Positions 1-10,777 of a stretch of 64,000 bases of DNA are shown one piece after another. The position numbers were made by a program, and so were the translations under genes. Location: assembly GCA_963845755.1 (NCBI GenBank), contig CAWJTV010000042.1:288001-352000 (forward strand), given 5' to 3'. This DNA comes from an uncultured Planctomycetota bacterium. Lineage in GTDB: Bacteria > Planctomycetota > Planctomycetia > Isosphaerales > Isosphaeraceae. The stretch's first letter is position 1, and each line of letters opens with the position of its first letter. The notes under the pieces are model-generated. The model had not been told where the DNA came from, did not search any database, and was given only the letters and a program-made list of their open reading frames with translations.

Positions 1-558
1 GGCGCCCCGATTCGTCAGGAGCCCTTGGTGGCGGACAATGACGTCTACGTCACCAACGTCGAGGGGTTCCTCTCCAGCCTCGACCCGGTCAACGGGGCAC
101 GCCGATGGACCGTGGCGACCCAGGGGGGACGTCTGGCGTCGATCAGCGCGACCAAGCTTTATCTCCGCTCGTACAATCTCGACCTCTTCGTGATCGATCG
201 CGTGACCGGCCGGATGGTGATCGACCCATCCGAGAGCCACCTGCACGCCGGGCTGAATGTCCGCGATTACGACCTGGATATCGTCAATCGGTTCAATGAC
301 CGCTCGATATTCGCCACCAGCTCGGGAATGATCATCTCCCTGCGGGAGATCGGTCAGACTCAGCCGAGGCTGCTGCGTGATCCCAAAATGCCCCCTTTCG
401 GGTTTGTTCCTCCGGAGGGGCTCAAGCCGAACTCGTCAGCCGTCCCCGCCGGGGAGGCCGGTGCCGAGCCCGCACCGGGCGCAGCGGGGGAAGAACCAGC
501 GCCGGCCGGAGACAAAGAGGCCGCCCCTAAGAAAGAGGCCGACGACTCGCCTCAGTAA
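1..558 (+). CDS. PQQ-like beta-propeller (BamB-like) protein, C-terminal part
   Basis: Frame open from base 1; blade motifs VYVTNVEGFLSSLDPVNGARRW and LFVIDRVTGRM; acidic Ala/Pro tail. Confidence 0.7.
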   Translation, partial: GAPIRQEPLVADNDVYVTNVEGFLSSLDPVNGARRWTVATQGGRLASISATKLYLRSYNLDLFVIDRVTGRMVIDPSESHLHAGLNVRDYDLDIVNRFNDRSIFATSSGMIISLREIGQTQPRLLRDPKMPPFGFVPPEGLKPNSSAVPAGEAGAEPAPGAAGEEPAPAGDKEAAPKKEADDSPQ

Positions 559-571
559 GTGCCACCTGGTC

Positions 572-608
572 GCGGCCCTCGCCTCTCATCGAATCCGGCG
601 AGGGCCGC
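572..608. terminator. GC-rich hairpin after stop codon (possible terminator or stability hairpin)
   Basis: Perfect 12-bp stem GCGGCCCTCGCC/GGCGAGGGCCGC with 13-nt loop, 13 nt after the TAA; no U-tract. Confidence 0.4.
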
Positions 609-694
609 CGGACTTCCAAGACCTTGAGGTCCGCCTCGGATGGGAAGACGGTCGCCGGAAGTTCTGCGAAGTTCACGAAGCGAGAGCGGCTACC

Positions 695-2301
695 ATGAGT
701 GAGAATGTGGTCGTGATTCGGCGCGCCCTGCTGAGTGTCTTCGACAAGCAGGGCCTGGTCGAACTGGCGCGTTTCCTCGCCGGGCAGGGCGTCGAGCTGC
801 TCGCCAGCGGCGGTACGCGTGCGACGCTGGTCGCCTCGGGACTGGACGTGACCGAGGTGGCCGATTATACCGGTCAACCCGAGGTGCTCGGCGGAAGGGT
901 CAAGACCCTCCATCCCAAGATCCACGCCGGCATCCTCGCCCGCCGCGACGTTCCCGGCGATCTGGCGACGCTAGAACAACAAGGGTTCCCCGAGATCGAC
1001 CTGGTCGTGGTCAACCTCTACCCCTTCCAGGTCACGATTGCGCACCCCGATGTTACGCTCGTCGATGCGATCGAGAACATCGACATCGGTGGACCGACCT
1101 TGATCCGGGGCGCCGCCAAGAACCACGACCACGTCGCCGTGCTGACGAGCCCCGAGCAGTATGATGCAGTGGCGGCCGCGATTCGCGAGCGCGGAGGGAC
1201 GAGCCTCGAGGATCGTCGCCGGCTGGCCCTCGCCGCGTTCCAGGTGACCAGCACCTACGACTGCGCCGTCGCCAACTATCTCGGCCGGAACTTCGTCACG
1301 CCCGGCGAGGCCGATCAATCCTTGCCGTTCCCGCAGATCCTGGAATATCGCTTCGAACTCCGCTCTCCGTTGCGTTACGGCGAGAATCCCCACCAGAGGG
1401 GTGCGTTCTACGTCGAACCAGCCGCGCGCGGGCCCAACCTCGCGACCGCCACGGTCCGTCATGGCAAAGAGCTGTCGTACAACAATCTGCTGGACCTCGA
1501 TAGTGCGCTCCGGCTGGTCCGGTATTTCGACGAGCCTGCGGTCTGCATCCTCAAGCACAATAATCCCTGCGGCGCCGCGGTGGCCGACGATATGTCCGAG
1601 GCTTTCGAACGCGCATATGAAGGCGATCCGCTCAGCGCATTCGGCGGCATCGTCGCCGCCAATCGACGAGTGGATCGAGCCGCGGCGGAGCGGATGTGCC
1701 AGCCCGGTCGATTCCTGGAGGCGATCCTGGCGCCGGGCTTCGAGGAGGAGGCCCTGGAGTGGCTGACCACCAAGCCGACCTGGCGGAACAGCGTCCGCCT
1801 GATCGAGCTCGGCGCCCCCTAGGACCCCAGGACCCGCCTCCACAAGGCAGCGATCTTCGCCGGATCGAAGGAGGACTCCTCGTTCAGGACTGGGATCAGC
1901 TCGAAGAAGATCCGGTTGCCGGCAGCATTCCGACCCGGCGCTCCCCGTCCGAGAGCGAACGGCGCGACCTCGCCTTCGCCTGGCGCGTCTGTGCGGCGGT
2001 GAAGTCCAACGCGATCGTCCTCGCCCGAGACGGTCGGGTCGTGGGAGTGGGCGCGGGCCAAATGAGCCGGTTGGATTCCGTCCGGATCGCCGTCGAGAAA
2101 GCGGGATCGCGCGCCCAGGGTGCGGTTCTCGCCTCCGATGCATTCTTCCCGTTCCGTGACGGTCCGGATCAGGCCGCGGCCGCCGGCGTCACGGCCATCA
2201 TCCAGCCCGGTGGCTCGCGCCGTGATGACGAGACCATTCGCGCCTGCGACGAACACGAGATCGCCATGGTCCTGACCGGACGCCGCCACTTCCGGCATTG
2301 A
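695..2301 (+). CDS. purH: Bifunctional AICAR transformylase/IMP cyclohydrolase (frameshift near 1815-1820)
   Basis: [47 protein letters not shown]-terminus [26 protein letters not shown] in ORF 1696..2301; shift in a C homopolymer. Confidence 0.95.
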
Positions 2302-2412
2302 TCGGACGCCTTTACGCCTTCTGACGTCCGATCGTCCGACCGCTATCGTTCACTGTGGTTGGGGCGCGAGTGAAGCGTCGGATGGGACGAGTTCGCGACG
2401 CTCGCCGCGCAA

Positions 2413-4678
2413 TCAACGGTGTCCGCCACCGCCGTGTCCGCCGCCGCCCATGTGACCACCGCCGCCCATGTGCATTCCACCCATGCCGCCCATGTGCATT
2501 CCGCCACCGAATCCGCCGCCAAGCGGGTGTCCTCCCATGCCTCCCATCATCGGCGACCCCCGGAATCCGCCGCCATAGCCACCCATCGGCATTCCACCCG
2601 GATGGCCCCCCATCATACCGTTCATCATCCCTGGATGCGCGCCCATGGCCCCCATTCCAGAGCCGGCTGCACCCATCCGTCCTGCGTTACCGGCCAGCCC
2701 CGGATGGCTCATCCCAGAGCCCGGCATGCCGGTCCCGCGCCCGAGGTTTCCTGCACCTCCGCCACTCTGTGCCAACCCACGGCCCGCACCTGTCATTCCC
2801 TGCCCCGCACCTCCGCGCGAGATCGCCGTCCCCGCACCGGCTTGCCCCGCGCCCTGCCTGCCCCCAAGGGCCGTGGCGCCGCGCACGGAAGACGTACGGC
2901 TGGCGGTTGCGGTATGGGAGTTCACACCATTGTACGAAGAACGCCAGCCGTTGGACCCCGACGAGACAGCCGATGCCTGGCGAACGTGGCCCTGGCTCGT
3001 ACTGGACCGGCTGGCCGTGCGCGTCGAGTTCGAAACTGTGGGAGAACGGATTGGCGAACGGATGAGAAGACGCCGGTGCGTGAGCCCCGCCACGAGAACC
3101 GCTGACAGACCGATTAATGCTGGTGTTCCGGGTGACGTTCACGTTCCGCGTCACCGTGTTCCCGTTCCGTGTGACGCTGACGCTTCGGTTGATGCTGACG
3201 CTCCGGTTGATCGCGACGTTGCGACCAAAGCCACCGCGGAATGGGAAGTGGTTTCGAAAGCCGGGGAAGAACCCATTGCCGAAGCCGAAGCCACCAAAGA
3301 ACGGGAAGCCGAAGCCGAAGCCGAAACCAAAGAAGGGATAACCGAAGCCAAACCCCAGCCCGAAACCGCCGAAACCGAAACCTCCATAGCCCAGGCCGCC
3401 GAAACCGAAACCTCCATAGCCCAGGCCACCGTAACCGAAACCACCATAACCCAGGCCACCGTAACCGAGGCCGAGATAGGGATATCCATAGCCGAAGAAG
3501 GGATACCCATACCCGAAGCCGCCGTACGGATAACCCATACCGAGGCCGAAGGCACCGCCCATCATGCCGCCATAGCCCATGCCGCCATAGCCCATGCCGC
3601 CATAGCCCATGCCGCCATAGCCCATGCCGCCATAGCCCATGCCGCCATACCCATACTGAACCGGAGACGCAGTGTAGGGGTAGCCATTGGCACCGTAATA
3701 GGGATAATCGAGATACCCATAATAACCACCGAGGTTGCCGTAGTCGGCATATCCGTAGTAGCGGCCCGTCTCGTCGTAATAGACGCCCGGATATCCGTCA
3801 TAGTTGGAGTTGGGACGGCCAAAGGCTCCATTGAGCTGACCATACATCTCCGGGGGGATCAGGGTATAGGGTTGATAGGTCAGGTTTTCGGATTGTGGAG
3901 CGGCCTTGTCCACCTCTGCGGGCGCGAAGAGAGTGCCACGGTCTTCCAGGGTGCGGTCCCAGTAGCCATCCTGGAAGACCCAGCCGTCGGGCTGGCGAAT
4001 CCACTGGGAGGGGACCCAGGACCAATCCGGCTGGACCTTCGCCCAGAAGCCTTTCTTCCAGACCACGCCGTTGCCGTCCGGGTAATACTGGCCGGGGATA
4101 AAGAAGCAGTCAGCAGCGGGCTGCTCGCCGGGTTCGTCGTCGGGACGTTCCTCGGGTGGTCCGTCCTTTCGATAATCGAGCCGGTCGGTCTTCCGCTCAC
4201 TCCAGAAGCCGGGGACGCGATACCAGCCTCGATCGTCGCGCTTCCAGTAGCCATTGACCCAGAACCGGCCGGGTGGTGGTACGCGCCATGTGCCGGTGAC
4301 CCAGACGTAATCCTTGCGTCCCTCGTCCCATTCCCAGTAGCCTTCGATCCACTCGGCCCGATCGCTGGGCGGATCGATCGCGGGCTTCTCGCCGATTGGC
4401 CGCGGAGGCGACTTGGGGACGTACGTCGGTTCCCGATCCTTTCGCGGCGAGAGAAACGCCTCGTGAAGGGGCCCCTCCGATATTGGCCTGACCCTCTGGT
4501 TGGCCGCAGGGCCGGCAGGCCGGCTCACACCATCGCCGGCGGGGTTCTTCTCCCCCAAGGGCAAGGGAGCAATCTCCGGAGGCGCCGTGGCCCCGGATTC
4601 CTGAGCAGCCGCCGAAACCGAAAGCGTACTACCAACGAGCAGCACAAGGCCAAACCCGATCTGCTGGACGCGGTTCAT
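2413..4678 (-). CDS. Secreted YXWGXW-repeat protein with long Gly/Tyr/Phe/Met low-complexity C-terminus (frameshift near 3050-3090)
   Basis: Signal peptide; WIEGYW, WVTGTW, WVNGYW, VPGFW, WVFQDGYW repeats; then GMGYG/GFGFG tracts; tail continues in ORF 2413..3093. Confidence 0.8.
3566..3649. repeat. Coding tandem repeat, 15-bp unit x5 plus partial (GMGYG)
   Basis: GCCGCCATAGCCCAT at 3566, 3581, 3596, 3611, 3626, partial at 3641. Confidence 0.95.
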
Positions 4679-5316
4679 GGCAAGAACTCCGCCTGCATGG
4701 CTTGATCCCAGCGGCCTGGATGATCCCTATGGGAAGAGTACGCTCGTCGGGACCCGATGTTCTAAGACCCTGGAACGAACCGGAGCCATTTTCTTTCTTA
4801 CAATCGTTACCATGTCCGGTCGATTCGCGGTTTGAGGTCGCCTCCGACCTCCGGGTCTTTCGTTCTTTCAACCTCCGAAGGCACCGACGTAATGAGGGGG
4901 CTCGCGACCTCGAGTCTCGAGGTCCTTCGGCCACTCCTCCCGAGCGACATTGTAAGACAGTCGACCTCCGAATATCTACAGACCGGACGCCAATCCCCGC
5001 TTGTTGAGGCTCCTGTTCGCCTCCGCAGCCGAACATGGCTCTTGTGGGTAGTTGGGGGGACAGCAGGCCCTCGGGGTCACGGGGGGAAGCGAAGAGAAAG
5101 TCTCTCAGAATTGCAATCGACCAGCCAGCTCTCGGTCCACAACCAGAATCCCCAAAAGTCGAGCCCCTTTTTTCGCTGGAGACGGTTGCGGACTCTGGAA
5201 TTATGATACGATGAGTCATGTAAGAGTCGCGCGGCCCGCGTTGGGCCAAACCCCTGAGATCGCTGGGTGCTCGCAGTGTCGGACACGCACCCGGGCGAGG
5301 CAGGGAGGCGTGAATC

Positions 5317-6219
5317 TTGGCTGAGACCGACGATCGGAGGATCGGGTCGTCCATGATACCGGAGGACCAGTCGAGGGCCGACCATTCCCCATCCCCGCGG
5401 GCCGGGCATGCTGGGACGAGTTCGACGACCGGGCACAACCGGACCGAGGGTGCGACGGATACCAATGGCCAAAGGACGTCGCAGGCATTGGGTCGGGGCG
5501 TTCGGGTCGAGTCGGCTGCCGACGAGGAATTCGACCCCGGTTGGGTGATCGAGACGCTGTATAGCCCGTTCCACTGCTTCTATCAGGACGCGCTATACTT
5601 CCATACCCAGAGCCGGCTGGCGCGATCGGAGAGCGAGGCGAGCCGGCTGGCACGGTCGGCCTTGTTGCTCTACCTCTCGAGCGCCGAGGCGCTGGTGCAC
5701 CAGGCCGCTGAGGAGCTCGGCCGCCTCGAGTTGCGCGGCCTGATCGCCGACCCCAGCCGACCGTTGCCCCTGGCGGAGGCATGGCGTCTCCTGCCGGCCG
5801 TCGTGGCCGAGCCCGGGGTCCCCACCGGTCCGTTCGACCCCGAAGCGCCTCCCTGGCCGCAATTTGTCGAGCTCTTGATGCTGCGGACCTCGTGGGCCTA
5901 TCCCGGTCCGGCCTCGGCGCGACGAGCCTTTTACCGATCGGCCCGTCGCGACGGCGAATACGAGCCCATGCAGCCGCACCAGGTTCCGGCTGGGCTCCGG
6001 CGCATCACCCCCCCCGATCGCCTGGCCTTCCCTCGCACAGGATTGCCCCGCGATCCCTATGCCCTTCGCCCGCGCCACCTCGATACGGCCCGCGGCATCC
6101 TGGACGCCGCCCTCGAGGCCCTCGACCGCCGCATGGGTGGGATCCTGACGAAAGGCCAGCGGCATCGCCGCGAGCCCGTCCGGGTCGTTCATCCTTCGCA
6201 GGGTGCCGTCAACGTGTGA
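5317..6219 (+). CDS. Hypothetical protein, HEPN-like helical pattern with degenerate Rx4H motif
   Basis: 300-aa ORF; ARSALLLYLSSAEALVH and PWPQFVELLMLRTSWAYP resemble the HEPN E-helix and Rx4H helix, with H replaced by Y. Confidence 0.55.
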   Translation: MAETDDRRIGSSMIPEDQSRADHSPSPRAGHAGTSSTTGHNRTEGATDTNGQRTSQALGRGVRVESAADEEFDPGWVIETLYSPFHCFYQDALYFHTQSRLARSESEASRLARSALLLYLSSAEALVHQAAEELGRLELRGLIADPSRPLPLAEAWRLLPAVVAEPGVPTGPFDPEAPPWPQFVELLMLRTSWAYPGPASARRAFYRSARRDGEYEPMQPHQVPAGLRRITPPDRLAFPRTGLPRDPYALRPRHLDTARGILDAALEALDRRMGGILTKGQRHRREPVRVVHPSQGAVNV

Positions 6220-6259
6220 ACGGAAATCAGTCTCCGGCGATGGATGGAGCCCAAGAGTG

Positions 6260-7412
6260 ATGCGCGTGTTGATGGTGACCTCGTTTCCGATCCCCGGCGA
6301 GTACGACGGCACGGCGATGTTGCCGATCAAGATCCTGCGTGCGCTGCGCCGCGCGGCGTGGACGTCGTGGTCGCCTATCTCCGGGCGCGGCCCCCGTGGG
6401 AGCGGTCGATGCGCCGGACCACCTTCGAGGGGACACCGATCTACGAGGTCCCGGCCTGGGCTTGGGCCAGCGGCCTGGGTTTGAAGCGAATTGCCGCGAG
6501 CAGCCGTTCGACCTCGTTCACGCCCAGCATTATGGCGGCGCGACACGTGCCCATCTCGCCTGCCGGCGGTTCGGCTGGCCGATGGTCTACGAGATCCACT
6601 CGCTCCTCGGCGACGAGGTCGAGCGCGATCGACTGGGGCGCGGCTGGGTCTTTCGGACTTACCGAGCTCTGGAGAAACAGGTTGTTCGCCACGCGGCGGC
6701 GGTGATCGCCCTGGGTGAGCCGGTCAAACAGGTGGTCGTCGAGGAGAAGGGTGTCCCTGCCGAGCGGGTACGGGTCATCTACCCGGGCATCGACTTGGCC
6801 GAATACGACGTGCCCGGGCCCGTGGCGTCGATCACGGGAATCGGCCCCCAGCACAAGGTCGTCATGTACGTCGGGAGCATCGTCCATCCCAACCAGGGGG
6901 TGCCGATCCTGATCGAGGCGTTGCCCCGGGTTTTCGCGATGCCCGAGACGCGCTGCGTCCTCGTCGGCGGACCGTCCGAGGCGGGCGAGACCTACCGCAC
7001 CCAACTCGGCCCCCACGCGGACCGGCTGATCGTCCTGTCCGGCCAGACCCCCGATCAGGTCGTCGCGCTGACCCAACGCGCCGACGTCCTGGTCCACCCG
7101 CGACTGGCATGCCGCGAGAACTATTCCGTTCAGAGCAAGCTGGCGGTCTACCTCGCCGCGGGCCGGCCGATCGTGGCCACGGACTTCGGCGACTACCGGC
7201 AGCTACTGGGTGACACAGGCGCGGGACTGCTCACGCCGGTCGAGCCGGAAGCACTTGCCGAGGCGATCCTTCGCGTCCTCGGCGACCCCGCCCTCGCGGC
7301 CCGACTGGCCTCTGCGACGCGCCCGGTGGCGGAAGAGTTTTTTGCGATGGCTCGCAACGCCGACCGCTACCTCGACGTCTATCGACAGGCGGTCGCCGCC
7401 GGACCTCGATGA
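6260..7412 (+). CDS. Glycosyltransferase family 4 (two frameshifts near 6345 and 6495)
   Basis: MRVLMVTSFP start, FDLVHAQH, VMYVGS, ADVLVHPR, SKLAVYLAAGRPIVATD. Confidence 0.85.
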
Positions 7413-7464
7413 TGCCGCTCACGCTCCAACACGGCCGTCGGCCACAACCCAATGCGGAGTCCAC

Positions 7465-7525
7465 GATTCGAGATTCCAGATTCAATAAGCATCAATCGTT
7501 GCCCTCTTGAATCTTGAATGTCGAA
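7465..7525. repeat. Heptamer-based imperfect inverted repeat between convergent genes
   Basis: TTCGAGATTCCAGATTCAA pairs with TTGAATCTTGAATGTCGAA (17/19); a near-identical arm recurs at 22660-22683. Confidence 0.6.
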
Positions 7526-7667
7526 GCTCGAATCGAGAACCCTTCGGTGGCGGAAGATTACATGAAAAGTGGCACGGATCTTGCTGCAATCGCTTTCATG
7601 GCGGGAACGGAGTCCCGTCATCGCGGCAACGCCGATAGATTCACGCCGGACGAGCCGTTCGCGTTTC

Positions 7668-7859
7668 TCAAACCTGGGTGTTGATCAACAGCAGGACCGC
7701 CGTCGCGATGACCAGGATCCCCAGAATCCAGACGCTGAGGCGCAGCGAGTGCCACCAGATCCGACTCCACGCTTCATGCCGTGAGGCCGAGTAGACGAGG
7801 CTGATCGCGATCACGAGGGGGAGGATTAGCCAGTAGATGTGCACGGATGACCGGATCAT
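7668..7859 (-). CDS. Small two-TM membrane protein
   Basis: 63 aa, two hydrophobic helices, ATGA overlap with the upstream gene. Confidence 0.7.
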   Translation of the reverse strand: MIRSSVHIYWLILPLVIAISLVYSASRHEAWSRIWWHSLRLSVWILGILVIATAVLLLINTQV

Positions 7860-8401
7860 GCAGAGCCCTCCGGCCGGAGTCCCGCGGCCGGCAGCGGCTG
7901 GGCGGTGGTTCGGGAGGCGGTTTCGTCTTCGAAGTCTTGATAAGCCGGCCCTTCATAGGCGTCGTAGATCGCCAGGATGTTCAAGAGGCCCGCGACCGTG
8001 GTGTAGATCGTCCCGATTTCGACGAGCTTTCCGAGATGCCGTTGCAGGCCGTTCAAGACATTCTGCGGCGGCTCGGCCATGAAACCCCAGAGGATCGGGT
8101 CCCAGTGGTAGTGTTGGAGCGTGCTCTGAATCAGCGCGGGCAGTGCGGGCAATCCGACGAAGAACTGTCCCAGGTAGTAGAGGCAGAACTTCTCCGGGTT
8201 ATTGAACGGGTTCACCCATCGCCAGTAGACGATCTTTCCCTCGCCCATCACCATTCCCATGACATACAAGCCCAGGATACAGACGGCGTACAAGATTCCC
8301 TTGCCGGTTCGACCCTGGTAAAAATGGCCCAGGCCGGGTACCAGCCATGCCAGAAAAGCCGCCTTCGCCGGGTTGCGTAAAGAAATGGTCGGCTCGCTCA
8401 T
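7856..8401 (-). CDS. Planctomycete membrane protein (DUF6677-like)
   Basis: RNPAKAAFLAWLVPGLGHFYQGRTGKG and GTIYTTVAGLLNILAIYDA. Confidence 0.7.
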   Translation of the reverse strand: MSEPTISLRNPAKAAFLAWLVPGLGHFYQGRTGKGILYAVCILGLYVMGMVMGEGKIVYWRWVNPFNNPEKFCLYYLGQFFVGLPALPALIQSTLQHYHWDPILWGFMAEPPQNVLNGLQRHLGKLVEIGTIYTTVAGLLNILAIYDAYEGPAYQDFEDETASRTTAQPLPAAGLRPEGSA

Positions 8402-8551
8402 GGGCTCCCATTCATCTCCTACGATCGTTACGTCCCTCCGGACGAGAATCGTCAAACCAAGACCACTCGCCATGCTAGCACGAACCCTGCCGGGGAATCT
8501 ACCCCGGTCGTCGCGCCGGTCGGGGTGAGTCGAGTATGAGAGGGATCGGAT

Positions 8552-9361
8552 CTACAGCCACGGCTTTGCTTTGGAATCGTCCATGCAGCATTCCTGAGCG
8601 ACTCCGTCAACAACGTCGGGTGGGATCACTTCCAGTCCGCGCACCGCACCGGCGATGAGACTCAAGGCGGCGAGTTGCTCGAGGCCCCGCGGAATACCCC
8701 GCGAGAGGCCATGAAGCCGCGTGACTGCGCGCGGGGTAAAGATACGCTCGGTGCATCCGACGGCCGCGAACTTCCGCGTAAGATACTCGTCTACCTGAGA
8801 ACGCGTCAGCCGCATCAGGCTGATCGCGAGGGCCCAGTCGTCCGTGGATTCGAGACACCCGTCCCACGGCGGAGACCCGACTCGGATGATCGTGAGCCGG
8901 GTTCCGTTTCCGGATCCGCCGTGCGCTAGGGCGTGCAGGTCGCTTACAACGCGACTCTCGCAGTCCGCGGTCCAGTGGTCGAGGGCCAGGATGATCTGCA
9001 AACCCTGAAGGGCGGCGACTCGGAATGCTCGTTCGAGCGCCTGCCAAATCGCGGGAAGTCCTGCCTCGCGACACAGAGGTTGGCCCAGACGCTCAACGAC
9101 TTTACCGAGGATCAGGCCCCCGTCGGACGGAGCCTGGATCAGGGCCACGCGCCGCCCGGGAGTTCGGCTCTCGGCCACAGCCCGGTGCAGCACGACCGTC
9201 TTTCCCAGGCCCGCCGCCGCGGAAAAGACCACATCCCGCCTCCCCTGCTCGATCGAGTAGACCAGGCGAAGCAATGCCTCATCATGTGAAGGGAGCGAGA
9301 CATAGGGCGTATCATGGTCGTCGAAAGGATCGCGCTCCAGCCCCCAGTGTCCATACCACAC
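8552..9361 (-). CDS. ExeA/GspA-like AAA ATPase
   Basis: WYGHWGLERDPF, SHDEALLRL, Walker A AAAGLGKT, SRGIPRGLEQLA; GAGGAGG SD before GTG. Confidence 0.8.
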   Translation of the reverse strand: MWYGHWGLERDPFDDHDTPYVSLPSHDEALLRLVYSIEQGRRDVVFSAAAGLGKTVVLHRAVAESRTPGRRVALIQAPSDGGLILGKVVERLGQPLCREAGLPAIWQALERAFRVAALQGLQIILALDHWTADCESRVVSDLHALAHGGSGNGTRLTIIRVGSPPWDGCLESTDDWALAISLMRLTRSQVDEYLTRKFAAVGCTERIFTPRAVTRLHGLSRGIPRGLEQLAALSLIAGAVRGLEVIPPDVVDGVAQECCMDDSKAKPWL

Positions 9362-9481
9362 GTCGATGGCCCTCCTCGTGCGAGCGTTGACCACCTCGTC
9401 GCATTCAGGTCGTCACATCGCGTCCTCCCCCTGGATCGGATAGGATGGGATTCCATCTTTGCACTGATCTGGAGAAGAGGC

Positions 9482-10236
9482 GTGCCCGCTCGCTTTTACT
9501 GCCCCGATCCGCCTCAAGACGGCCTCCTGCGCTTGAATTCCGAGGAGTCGCGGCATCTGACGCGAGTCTGCCGCCTGGGCCTGGGCGATCGTGTTGAGGT
9601 CTTCGACGGCCACGGATTTGCCTCATCCGCGAGGGTCGTGGCCGTTCGACTCCAAGGCGCCGAGCTAGTGATTGAAGGGGAACCCCTGCCGGATCATCAC
9701 GCTCCGTGTTCCTTGACCCTGGCCACCGCCGTGCCCAAGGCGGATCGGTTCGACTGGCTGGTCGAGAAGGCGACGGAACTCGGCGTCGACCGGCTGATAC
9801 CGCTAATCACCGAGCGTTCGGTCGTGGATCCCCGCGGCACGAAGCTGGGCCGGCTGCGGCGGTCGATCATCGAGGCATCGAAACAGTGCCGCCGAGCCCG
9901 CCTCATGTCCCTGGATGAGCCAGTGGCGTGGACGACGCTGATCGGCTCCTTCCCCGACTCGCTACGGTTCCTCGCCGATGCCGACGGCAGTCCCCCCTGC
10001 CGTTGGCCGTCGATCCGCGCGGTGCCGCAGTCGTCCTGGCCGTGGGGCCGGAGGGCGGCCTGACGACTTCGGAAATCGACCTCGCGGGCCGGTCCGGTTG
10101 GTTGGCGGCGAAGATCAGCGTCAACACACTCCGCATCGAGACTGCCGGATTGGCCGGCTGTGCCGCCCTATTCACACGCGTCGGGATCGGCAGCGTTCCC
10201 GCTGTTACATCGTCCACTGACCTCCCGCTTCGGTGA
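9482..10236 (+). CDS. rsmE: 16S rRNA m3U1498 methyltransferase (frameshift near 10020)
   Basis: HLTRVCRL, KADRFDWLVEKATELGV, IIEASKQC, AVGPEGG, NTLRIETA. Confidence 0.9.
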
Positions 10237-10624
10237 GGATCTGGTAGACCGACCAGACGTATCCGTCCGGATCGCGGAGGGCGAACTCCCGCCAGCCCCA
10301 CTCTTGATCGGCAGGTTCTCCCGAAATGCTCAAGATCGCCCCTTCGTCCATACAATGCTGGTAGAATTCATCCACATTCGGGACTTGCATCTGAAGGTGA
10401 ATGCCCACACCGACGCGGGTGTCCTCGAATTCCTGCGCGTGCGGCTCCTGGGGATGGAGCATCAACGTGAATTGGCCGATGCGGAGGATCGCGAGCGAAT
10501 ACGGCCCATTCTCGTGCTCAGCGTGGATCTGGACGATTTCGGCGCCGACGACCTCGTTGTAGAATTCCAGCGACCTTCGTACGTCCTTGACGTACAAGAA
10601 GACGCTTGTGATACGGGCCGTCAT
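10205..10624 (-). CDS. VOC/glyoxalase family protein
   Basis: LYVKDVRRSLEFY ... WGWREFALRDPDGY. Confidence 0.85.
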   Translation of the reverse strand: MTARITSVFLYVKDVRRSLEFYNEVVGAEIVQIHAEHENGPYSLAILRIGQFTLMLHPQEPHAQEFEDTRVGVGIHLQMQVPNVDEFYQHCMDEGAILSISGEPADQEWGWREFALRDPDGYVWSVYQILTEAGGQWTM

Positions 10625-10777
10625 TCCTATCCCTCCTTCTGGACGAACAAGGAGAGCCTTCGCGGATGCCGCGGTAGGCGCGTTCCCGCGAGATTAACCC
10701 CAAGTTCGCTTTCTGACAATCGAAACCGTCGCTGTGGCGCCAGATGGCCAGTGCGTGACACGCATAGACTGCCCCAA

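Noticed and set aside
559..694. ZTP (pfl) riboswitch upstream of purH
   Set aside because: Expected by context, but the GACTGGCG and CGCCTGGGC core motifs are not seen; only a simple hairpin
1810..1825. Programmed frameshift or TAG readthrough in purH
   Set aside because: Shift sits in a C homopolymer and similar indels occur throughout the window; assembly error is more likely
3280..3650. CRISPR-like repeat array
   Set aside because: Repeats are contiguous multiples of 3 inside a CDS, with no unique spacers and no cas genes
2645..4705. 686-aa plus-strand ORF with AIAHA repeats
   Set aside because: Antisense shadow of the YXWGXW gene, which has a signal peptide and recognisable motifs; long shadow ORFs are common at this GC
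8552..9361. Type II secretion cluster or transposon TniB/TnsC ATPase
   Set aside because: No secretin, pseudopilins or transposase adjacent; stand-alone ExeA-like gene
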